Assembly (NCBI GenBank): GCA_034521815.1
Contig: JAXHLW010000013.1
Location: 896,001-960,000, forward strand
Direction: 5' to 3'
Length of the DNA: 64,000 nt
Source: Trueperaceae bacterium
GTDB taxonomy: Bacteria; Deinococcota; Deinococci; Deinococcales; Trueperaceae
Below are positions 55,002 to 64,000 of this stretch, piece after piece (positions within the stretch are counted from its first letter, which is position 1; each line of letters opens with the position of its first letter). The position numbers were made by a program, and so were the translations under genes. The notes under the pieces are model-generated. The model was not told the DNA's origin. It ran no database searches and saw only the letters and a list, made by a program, of their open reading frames with translations.

Positions 55002-55586
55002 ATGCTCATGACGATTAGAACGGTGGTTTCGCTCGCCTTGGCGCTGGTACTGACCGGCGCCCTCGCTCAGGACGCGGTCGTGCTCGAGGGTCGGCTGCCC
55101 GCCGACGTCCCGGACGACGTCGCCGTCGAGGCGCGGATCGGCACCGACCTTCAGGGGATCGTGCCCGAACCGGTCGCGATCGCTGTGGTCGAGGACGGGA
55201 GCTTCCGGCTGGAGCTGCCCGACGCCGTGGACCCGGCTCTGCTCGAGGCGGAAACCGTCGACTGCGCCCGCGAGCGAACGATCGACGCCGTGTTCCTGCC
55301 CTACCTCACGCTCGTGAAGGACGGCGAGGCCATCGGGCAGCTGGTGCACACCGACGTTCCGCGCGAGCTGTGGGGCTACGCCGGCCCGCCACGAAACGCC
55401 TCCTGGATGTACACGCCCGATGCGGCGACGGTCGTCGAGGAGTGCGCGAGCGAGCGTCTGGAGCTCACCTTCGAGCCCGGCTGGAACGCGTTCGTGGTGC
55501 TCGCGGGACAGGACGGCACCACCGTCACGACGGCCGCACCCCCCGCGTCGTTCCGCTGGATCTTCGTGCCGGACGGAGGACCGTGA
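55002..55586 (+). CDS. Secreted hypothetical protein
   Basis: SD GGAGG, signal peptide ending ALA-Q, LTFEPGWN motif, 2 cysteines. Confidence 0.75.
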   Translation: MLMTIRTVVSLALALVLTGALAQDAVVLEGRLPADVPDDVAVEARIGTDLQGIVPEPVAIAVVEDGSFRLELPDAVDPALLEAETVDCARERTIDAVFLPYLTLVKDGEAIGQLVHTDVPRELWGYAGPPRNASWMYTPDAATVVEECASERLELTFEPGWNAFVVLAGQDGTTVTTAAPPASFRWIFVPDGGP

Positions 55587-55680
55587 GCGTGCGGCTCGAA
55601 CGACGCCGCATCGGCCTCCACGCCGCCGAGTACATGCGTCCCTAGCCCGCCTGGACACCGTCGGTCACGGTGGACCTACG

Positions 55681-56256
55681 ATGACGATCTCTTTGATCCT
55701 CGCCCACCCGAACCCGGACAGCCTGAACCATGCGCTGGCCCGGTCGGTCTTCGCCGCGCTACGTGAAAGCGGTCACGACGTCGTGGTCCACGACCTGTAC
55801 CACGAGCGGTTCGATCCGTGCCTGACGGCCGGCGAGATCGCCACGCACCGATCCGACGACCCCCTGGTGGAACGGCACGCCGCCGAGATCCAGGGAGCGG
55901 ACGGCCTGGTTCTGATCCATCCCAACTGGTTCGATCAGCCGCCGGCCATCCTCAAGGGATGGGTGGACCGCGTGATCCGCGACGGCACCGCCTTTCGCCG
56001 GACGGCCGACGGCGGCTTCGAAGGCCTGTTGGACATCGGCGCCGCGCTTCTCGTCACGACCGCGAACGCGCCGTACGACGCGGCGGCCGGCGACGCGATC
56101 GACGCGTTCTGGAAGGGCTTCGTGCTGCCGATCTGCGGCGTGTCCACGGTCGAGCGGCTGCACCTCACGCCGGTGGTCGCGAGCTCGCTGGAGCAGCGCC
56201 GGGCGTGGCTCGACGAGGCCGCAGAACGCGCGCAGGCGCTGTTCCCGGCCGGCTGA
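55681..56256 (+). CDS. Flavodoxin-fold NAD(P)H:quinone oxidoreductase (MdaB/KefF-like)
   Basis: LAHPNPDSLN, DLY, PNWFDQPPAILKGWVDRV. Confidence 0.9.
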   Translation: MTISLILAHPNPDSLNHALARSVFAALRESGHDVVVHDLYHERFDPCLTAGEIATHRSDDPLVERHAAEIQGADGLVLIHPNWFDQPPAILKGWVDRVIRDGTAFRRTADGGFEGLLDIGAALLVTTANAPYDAAAGDAIDAFWKGFVLPICGVSTVERLHLTPVVASSLEQRRAWLDEAAERAQALFPAG

Positions 56257-56539
56257 CGAGAGGCTCGTGGCCAGGGCAGTACGAAAGCCCGTCCCGCCAA
56301 GGTTCAGCCGTCAGTCGCAACGCCTTTTTCGGTCGAGTGAAGCTTCTCGGTTAGATCTTTGGCGACGACCGGCGTCCAGATCGTCCCAGCCATAGCGACT
56401 GAGGTCTCCAATTCTAGGACCGGGACCCCACCGCACGTGGCAGCCCGGAGGCCCGGGCGCCCGCATGAACGACCAGCAGAAACAGTTCCGAACCCTATCC
56501 CTCCGCTCCGGTTGCGCTACGGTTCAAAACCCCCGCAAA

Positions 56540-56575
56540 TTGACAACTGGTCGTGCATGGACTACCATCCATGCA
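56540..56575 (+). promoter_or_regulatory. Near-consensus sigma70 promoter with overlapping inverted-repeat operator
   Basis: TTGACA-N17-TACCAT; TGCATGGA-N6-TCCATGCA spans the -10 box. Confidence 0.75.
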
Positions 56576-56654
56576 TCATTAACGGTCCATATGTAGACAC
56601 TAATAAGCCATATTTGGACATGCAGCCGCTGGACCCCGCGATGGGCCGACGCAG

Positions 56655-57985
56655 ATGACGTCGACACGCGTTCTGGTGATCGGGCCCGGCGACCACGCTC
56701 ACGCCATCGCCGAGTTGGCACGCGAGCGATTTCCCGATCTCCAGCTGACCCCGTGCGTCTACGAGGACGAGGAGGCCGCGCCCGAGGTTTTCGCAGGCAA
56801 CTGGCGACACCACACCGTCGCCCTGTTCACAGGACCGGCCCCGTACTACGCGGCGACCGAGGTGCACGGCCAGCCGATTCCCGCGGTCTTCGTGCCCTTC
56901 ACCGGTGCAACCCTCGTGCGAACCTTGTTCGAGATCGTGCGATCGACGGGCCATGTTCCCGGAATGACGATCGACTCCGTCGATCGAAAGGGAGTCGACG
57001 ACACGCTCCTGGAGCTAGACATCGACCCAAGCGTCGCGGAGCTGCTCGAATACCGCCACACTCCATCGCGGGCCGAGATCGTCGCGTTCCATGGCAAGGC
57101 TCAGCAGGAGGGCCGAGCGACCTGGGCGCTTACCGGCCTCAGAAGCGCATACGAGCAGTTGCGCAGCGAGGGGTACGGCGTCCGGCGAATCGAGCCGCCC
57201 GTCGCGACCTGGATGAGCACGTTGAATCGTGCCCGGGACCGGGGGCGTCTATGGATCGCTCGACGACACCAATTGGTGACCGTGCTGGTGGAGATCGACC
57301 CTCCATCACTGAACGGAGACGGAACGACCGTGCGTGACGACGTCGCCCGCCTCGCGATGGCGCTCGATTCCCATCCCGTCGAGCTAAGCGGCGGGCGTTA
57401 TCTTCTCCTGACCACGAGAGGCATGGTCGAAGACCAGTGGAACGGTGGGCTCTACGCCGCTGCCCTGACCACGTTCCCGACCGTGTGGCCTCGGGGCGCA
57501 CGCGCCCATATCGGCGTAGGCATCGGATTCTCCGCGCGACAGTCCCACGAGCACGCCCGGCAGGCTCTGGCCCGAGGTCGCGCGCAGGCACCGTGTGGCA
57601 GTCGTTCGTGATCGACAGCGACAAGACCTTCACTGGCCCCGTCGGCAGCGAAGACACGAACCGCTTCACCTTACGAAGCACATCGCCGATCGTCCGCAAG
57701 TACGCAGAAGCGTGCGATCTCGGGACAGCGCAGATGGAGCGCGTGCTCACCGCGATGACCCGAATAGGAAGCGATGCCTTCAGCACCAATGAAATCGCAC
57801 CCCTTCTCCAGATGACCCCACGCAACACCCGGCGCATCCTCACCAAGCTCGAGACGGCAGGGCTCATCCAGCTCGTCGGCTCCGAACAGGTGCACCTGCG
57901 CGGCCGTCCGCGCCGCGTCTATCGAAGCCAGCTTCCCGACGCCCTATCGGAGGGCGCATCGACCCCAGACGAGGTGATCGTGTGA
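56655..57985 (+). CDS. Transcriptional regulator (N-terminal sensor, degenerate GGDEF-like middle, C-terminal wHTH); frameshift near 57590
   Basis: IGVGIG...A..AL; C-terminal EIAPLLQMTPRNTRRILTKLE..G...RGRPRRVY in a second frame. Confidence 0.7.
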
Positions 57986-59482
57986 ACGACGTCCGTGGCC
58001 TTCATCACGTCCGCGCGCTGCTCGACCGCTTCGGCGGGACGTTGCCGCACTTCATCGCTGGACGCCCCCAAGCGGCAGGGGACGACGGCGGTCCGATCGT
58101 CAGTCCGGTGGACGGCCGCGAACTCGGCCGGCTGTCGGAGGCAGGCGACGCGGAGGTAGACGCAGGCGGTGACCGCGGCGACCGAAGCCCAGTCGCGCTG
58201 GTGGGCCAAGGCTCCCGGTGCGCGTAGGGAGGCGATGCGGGACTTCGCGGACGCCCTACTCGCGCACCGCGACGAACTCGGATGGTTGGACACGTGGGAT
58301 GCGGGACGACCCGTCCGCGACACCGTGACGCGCGATGTCGACCGTATCGTGGACACCGTTCGCTACTTCGCCGGCCTTCCCGAGGCGATGCGCGGGGCCG
58401 TGGTCCCGACGGACCGGTCACGCGTCAACTTCACCCTGCGTGAGCCTTTGGGCGTCGTAGCGGCGATCGTTCCCTGGAACTACCCCATGGTCAACGCGAT
58501 CACCAAACTGGCTCCAGCGCTGGCGACGGGCAATGCCGTCGTGCTCAAACCCGCCGAGCAGGCCCCTCTGAGCGCGTTCCGGATCGCCGAGCTCGCGGTG
58601 CTGGCGGGGCTTCCCGAGGGCCTCGTCAACGTCGTCAACGGAAGCGGACCCGGTGCCGGCTGGCGCCTCGTCAACCACCCAGGCGTGTCGAAGATCGCCT
58701 TCACCGGCTCGACTCCGGTCGGGCGCAAGATCGCCGCTGCAGCGGGAGGAGGCTCGTTCCGGTGACGCTCGAACTCGGTGGCAAGACGCCGAACATCGTG
58801 TTCGACGATGCGGACCTCGATCGAGCGCTCGACGCCGCGCTGTTCACCGTCTTCATGAATCAGGGGCAAACCTGCACCGCCGGGACACGGCTCCTGGTCC
58901 AACGTCGCGTCGCCGAGGAGTTCGAGGACCGCCTCGTGGAACGTGCGGCTGGCCCTGAGTGGTCGGGGATCCCACGGACCCCGAGACGGCGATCGGACCG
59001 CTGGTCTCCGAAGGTCAACTGGACAGGGCCCGTCGGTATGTCGAACGGGGCACCGACGAGGGGGCGCGTCTCGCGACGGGAGGAACCCGACTCGACCATC
59101 CCGGCTTCTACCTGAACCCGACGGTGTTCGTGAATGTCGAACCGACGATGGCGATCGCGCGCGAGGAGATTTTCGGACCCGTTCTGAGCGTCCTGCGATT
59201 CGATGACGAAGACGAGGCAGTGGCGATGGCCAATGCGAGTTCTTTCGGGCTCGCCGCGGCGGCGTGGACGCGAGACGTGCAACGCAGCTTCCGGCTCGTG
59301 CGGAGTCTGCAGTCGGGTCTCGTGCGATCAACACGATCCACGCACTGGCACCGAACTCACCGTATGGAGGGCACAAGGACAGCGGTGTCGGCAAGGAGAT
59401 GGGGATCGAGGCCATCGAAGAGTTCACGCGCGTGAAGTCGGCGTGGTTCGGTGTCGCGCCGTGGGAGACGCCATGGACGTGA
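57982..59482 (+). CDS. Aldehyde dehydrogenase, about 4 frameshifts
   Basis: PWNYP, KPAEQ, FTGST, LELGGK, GQTC, EEIFGP and PYGGHKDSG across frames. Confidence 0.88.
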
Positions 59483-60794
59483 CGACGACGGACCGTTGGG
59501 TCGCCGACCTCGCTGAGCGGCGCGGCGCCGCATGGGAGTCCGTGCGCCGTCGGATCCATGCCAAGCCCGAGCTGGGCTGGCTCGAGTACCACACCGCCTC
59601 GATCGCAGCGGCGCTGTTGCGAGAGCACGGCTGGCGCGTGCGGTCAGGCTCCGATCTGCTCGAGCCTACGGTCGCGTACGGACGACCGAGCAAGGACGCG
59701 ATCGCTCGCGCGAGGGAGCAGGCCGCGACATGGGTGCCCTCGATGACGTGACGAGCGCGGAATCGACCGCCATCGTGGCTGACCTCGACACGGGTCGACC
59801 CGGGCCGCACGTGGCGTTCCGATTCGATCTCGATGCCCTTCCCATCGAAGAAAGCCGAGAACATACGCATCGCCCGACGAAAGAAGGCTTCGCGAGCTCG
59901 GTTCGGGGCGTGATGCATGCGTGTGGCCACGACGCGCACACCGCCATCGGCCTCGGCGTCGCCGAGGTTCTAGCGGCCCTGGCCACGGAAGAACGGCTCG
60001 TCGGTCGCTTCACGCTCCTGTTCCAACCTGCGGAGGAGGGAGGGCGCGGTGGTCGATCGTTGGCCGCGGGCTCCGGACTCGGCGGGGTCGATGCTCTCGT
60101 CTGCATTCATCTCGGTCTGATGGCGACCGGCATCGACCAGCTCGTAGCGGGTGCAGTAGACCTTCTCGCGTCGATCAAGCTTCGTGCGTCGATCGTTGGC
60201 GTCGGCGCCCACGCGGGACTCGCGCCGCAGGATGGCCGCAACGCGCTCCTCGCCGCGGCAAGCGCTGCGCTTGCGGTTCACACGCTCGCTCAGAGCGCGC
60301 AGCCTGGGGTGCGCGTGAACGTCGGCCGGCTGCACGCTGGCGAGGCGCCGAACATCGTCCCTTCGAGCGCCACGCTCGATCTGGAAGCACGCGCTTCGGA
60401 CGACGTCACGCTCGAGGAGCTAGAACGCCGTGTACGGGCGGCGGTAGAGGGCTCGGCGGCCGCCTTCGAGTGCTCATCCTCATGGACCGTGCTGGGGCGC
60501 ACGGCGTCGGCGAGCAGCGATCCGGAGCTCGCCGACGTGGTGGAGGTCGCTGCTTCCGATCTCGGTCTGTGGGACGACGTGCGTCGACGTGCGCCGTTCG
60601 GAGCGAGCGAGGATGCGAGCTGGCTCATGCGTTCGGTGCAGGCCCGCGGCGGTCGCGCCTGCTACGCCGTGGTGGGAGCCGACGTCGTGGGCGGCCATCA
60701 CACGTCCACCTTCGACGTGAGCGATCAGGCCGTGACCCGCTCGGTCCGACTCTTGGCCGCCGTCGCCGCTCGGATCGGAGGCCCGACGACATGA
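59473..60794 (+). CDS. M20D amidohydrolase (AbgA-like), frameshift near 59725
   Basis: HAKPELGWLEYHT, RFDLDAL, MHACGHDAH, QPAEEG, SEDA, GHH. Confidence 0.85.
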
Positions 60795-62291
60795 ACGTGC
60801 CTCTCCTGGACGTCGCGGCCCTCAGCAAAGGATTCCCTGGGGTGCAAGCGCTCGACGTGGTCGACTTCGACGTTCGCTCGGGAGAGGTCCACGCGCTTCT
60901 CGGCGCGAACGGAGCCGGAAAAAGCACCCTGATCAAGATCCTTGCTGGCGTGCAGACACCGGACGACGGCACGATCGCCATCGACGGACGGACGGTCGAG
61001 ATACCGAACCCGAAGGCGGCTCGCGACCTCGGCATCAGTGTGATCTTCCAAGACTTTTCCTTGGTGACCAATCTCAGCGTGGCCGAGAACATCTATCTTG
61101 GTGACGAGAGGCGCACCCGCGTAGGCACGATCGACTGGGAAGAAACGTACCGGAACGCGTCCGACCTCCTCCGGCGCTTGAGCGTCGGCTTCGATCCCAG
61201 GGAGCTCGTGCGCGACCTCGGCACCGGCGAACGACAGTTGGTGGAAATCGCCAAAGCCCTTCGCACGAAGGCGCGGATTCTGATTCTGGACGAGCCCACG
61301 GCTGCGCTGAGCAAGAGCGAGTCCACGCAGCTGCTCGAACAGGTGCATGCCCTCAAGGCGCAGGGCGTGGGCATCGTCTACGTGACGCACCGTCTCGAAG
61401 AAGTCGAGGGACTCATCGACCGGGTGACGATCCTACGGGATGGCCGCAGCGCCGGGACGTACGACGCAACGGACGTCGACAGCGACCGAATCGTCGGCAT
61501 GATGGTCGGCGAGATTCTCAGTGTCGACGAAGACCTGCAGGCCGTACCGACCGACCCTGGTCCCGTGCTGCTCGCCGCACAAGGCCTGACGCGCACGGGC
61601 GAGTTCGCGTCGGTCGACCTGCAGCTTGATCGGCGAGATCACGGTGCTCACAGGTCTCGTCGGTTCGGGCCGCACCGAACTCCTCGAAACGTTGTTCGGT
61701 GCCCGCAGGCCGTCGGCAGGCGAGGTGCGAATCTCGGATGCAGCGCACGGCGTCCGGAGCACACGCGACGCCATTCGCTCAGGCATCGCCTTGATCCCTG
61801 AAGACCGACGCGGCCAAGGCGTCGTCGAGCTCATGCCGATCTTCAAGAACGTGACGTTGGCATCGCTCGACCGGGACATGGTGGCCGGCACCCTCCGCCC
61901 CCAGCGAGAACGCGTTCGGACACGTCGGCTCATGGACGGGCTGGCCGTGAAGGCGACCGGTCCCGATGCGCTCACGCGCACGCTTTCGGGCGGAAACCAG
62001 CAGAAGGTCGCGCTGGCGAAGTGGCTCGCGACAGATGCCCGCGTACTCCTGTTCGACGAGCCGACGCAGGGCCTCGACGTGCGTGCGAAAGCGGACATTC
62101 ATCGCATCATTCACGGCCTCGCCGAAGCGGGTGCGGCCGTCCTCATCGTCTCCTCCGACCTCGAGGAAGCACTCGGGCTCGCCGAACGCGTACTCGTCAT
62201 GCACTCTGGCCGTCTCGTGGCCGAGTTCCGCGACCCGCCCTTCGAACCCGAAGCCGTGATGGAGGCGATCACCATGGGAGATCAGGCATGA
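60791..62291 (+). CDS. Ribose-type (CUT2) ABC ATPase, frameshift near 61630
   Basis: GANGAGKST, DEPT, PEDRR, LSGGNQQK. Confidence 0.9.
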
Positions 62292-63304
62292 CCGAACGTT
62301 CAGACGACGCATCCTCTTCCGAGCGGACGACGAGCCGGCCACGGTTCTGGAGCCGCATCGACGTGGGAAATCTCGGCCCTTTGATCGCACTGATCGTGAT
62401 GTTCGTCATCTACTCCACCCTCACGCCGAACTTCCTGACCGTCTCGAATATCACGAACGTCCTCGTCCAGAGCGCGGCGCTGACCGTCCTCGCTGCCGGA
62501 CAGACGTTCCCCGTCCTGAGCGCCGGGCTCGATCTCTCACAGGGCTCGATCGTCAGCCTCGTCAGCGTCGTGACGGCAGGCACGATCCTCAACTTCGGCC
62601 TCGTCCCTGGACTGATCGCGGGCGTCGCGACGGGGGTCGCGGTGGGACTCCTTTCGGGGGTTCTCGTCGGACTCGCACGCATCCAGCCGTTCATCGTGAC
62701 GCTGGGGATGCTCTACGTCGGGTCGGGAGCCGCCATGGTGTTCACCGACGGCTCGGTCATCTTCGGACTGCCCGAGCCCGCCGTCAGTCGCTTCTTCTGG
62801 CTGGGTGGCGGCTTCATCGGCCCCATTCCGGTCCCCGTCCTGATCGCGGCCATCGTCGTCGCCCTGATCTACTTCGTACTCAACTACACGCGATTCGGCC
62901 GGCACGTGTATGCCGTGGGCGGCAACGCCCAGGTGGCTCACATGTCAGGCGTTCCCGTGGCGTGGGTGAAAGTCGGAATCTACATGATCAGCGGAGGCCT
63001 CGCCGGCCTCGGTGGCATCCTCTTGAGCGCCCGCGTCATATCCGGACAGCCCTTGCTGGGTTCGGGCGACCTTCTGCTGCTCTCGATCGGCGCCGTCATC
63101 ATCGGAGGAACCAGTATCTTCGGTGGCGAAGGCGGCGTCCTGCGAACGGTGGTGGGTGTCCTCGTGATCGCCTTCATGGTCAACGGACTCAATCTTCTCG
63201 CGATATCGACCTTCATGCAGTCGATCATCGTCGGAGCCATCATCATTGCGTCGGTTTGGGCGAACACCATTCGCTCGAGGCGCAAGGTCGGGGGGGCGCC
63301 GTGA
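62288..63304 (+). CDS. Ribose-type ABC permease
   Basis: GLDLSQGS, PFIVTLG, TRFGRHVYAVGGN, IGAVIIGGTS. Confidence 0.92.
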   Translation: MTERSDDASSSERTTSRPRFWSRIDVGNLGPLIALIVMFVIYSTLTPNFLTVSNITNVLVQSAALTVLAAGQTFPVLSAGLDLSQGSIVSLVSVVTAGTILNFGLVPGLIAGVATGVAVGLLSGVLVGLARIQPFIVTLGMLYVGSGAAMVFTDGSVIFGLPEPAVSRFFWLGGGFIGPIPVPVLIAAIVVALIYFVLNYTRFGRHVYAVGGNAQVAHMSGVPVAWVKVGIYMISGGLAGLGGILLSARVISGQPLLGSGDLLLLSIGAVIIGGTSIFGGEGGVLRTVVGVLVIAFMVNGLNLLAISTFMQSIIVGAIIIASVWANTIRSRRKVGGAP

Positions 63305-63373
63305 CCTAGCAACCTTTGCGATCCGCGCATTCGGCTCGACGACCCTCGTCTTCCCCACTCCAGGAGGTTGAAC

Positions 63374-64000
63374 ATGGCCAGTTTCACTCCAAAAGCACGC
63401 ATCTTCGCAACGCTTCTCTCAGCTCTCGTCGTCGCCATCGCGGCACTCGCCTCGACGGCATTCGCACAGGACTCGAAGGGCGAGATCGCGGTGCTGCTCC
63501 CGGCCGCCGGCGATCCCTACTTCGCGCTCAAGAGCTTCGGCTACATCGACGAAGGTCGAACAGTTGGGCTACGACGTCACCATCTTCGACGCCGGTGGCT
63601 ATGGCAACCTCAGTCGACAGGTGTCCCAGATCGAAGACGTGATCGAGCGTGGGGTCGCCGCCATCGTTCTGGTCCCGGCGAGTTCCGAGGGAACGGTGCC
63701 TGCCGTGGAGCGGGCGGTTGCGGCTGGGATTCCAGTCATCAACGACGGCATCGCGACTCAGAGCGACATGGTCACGGGATTCGTCGGCGAAGACTCGTAT
63801 GTCATGGCCGAGCTGCTCGCCGCATACCTCGTGAACGAGACCGGCGGCGAAGCCGATATCGCCATGCTTCTCGGTCCGGCCGGGCTCGACCTGACCCTGT
63901 TCCGCCAGAACGGCTTCATGGACTACATCGCGAAGTACCCCGGGATGAACATCGTCGCCGAGAAGTTCACCGGGACCGCCTCGTTCGAGGCGCTCAATGC
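63374..64000 (+). CDS. Sugar-type ABC substrate-binding protein, frameshift near 63557; runs off the window
   Basis: Not in the ORF track. SD AGGAGG; MASFTPK...AFAQDSKGEIAVLLP..DPYF; then LGYDVTIFDAGGYGN..Q..QIED, AGIPVI. Confidence 0.85.
   Translation, partial: MASFTPKARIFATLLSALVVAIAALASTAFAQDSKGEIAVLLPAAGDPYFALKSFGYIDEGRTVGLRRHHLRRRWLWQPQSTGVPDRRRDRAWGRRHRSGPGEFRGNGACRGAGGCGWDSSHQRRHRDSERHGHGIRRRRLVCHGRAARRIPRERDRRRSRYRHASRSGRARPDPVPPERLHGLHREVPRDEHRRREVHRDRLVRGAQC

Noticed and set aside
60791-64000. Lsr-type AI-2 importer linked to luxS
   Set aside because: Single permease, no lsrK, lsrR or lsrF visible, and far from luxS.

Overview
Very GC-rich bacterial chromosome segment. The likely lineage is Deinococcota (Trueperaceae-like). 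This is an inference from the Deinococcus/Thermus-type OmpR regulator, the MurD/PriA/BMP signatures, a dcw cluster lacking murE and ddl, and pervasive TANNNT-N6/7-start leaderless promoters. 1-39 kb is mostly housekeeping: priA 5' end, purM, SPFH, a two-component pair, luxS, NYN, mscS, ligA, BMP, rnpB, an inserted YjjI/YjjW glycyl-radical pair, mraZ-ftsZ, ribF, rlmB, an S9 peptidase and rpsO-pnp-rnj. tRNA-Pro(GGG) at 39.2 kb has its 3' 49 bp repeated about 2.3 kb downstream, bracketing a decayed, integrase-less island. Downstream accessory DNA holds proXWV, a lysS-like remnant plus a nucleotidyltransferase/small-protein pair, a KaiA-less kaiB-kaiC-PAS/GGDEF operon (the most striking system), pcs plus DedA, DUF302 with a CsoR-like operator, prfC, and a candidate sRNA. 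From about 56.3 kb there is a compositionally distinct catabolic island (regulator, aldehyde dehydrogenase, AbgA-like amidohydrolase, ribose-type ABC transporter). Many single-base frameshifts in G/C runs cluster in the accessory parts and may be long-read consensus errors. All assignments come from motif recognition; no database search was run.
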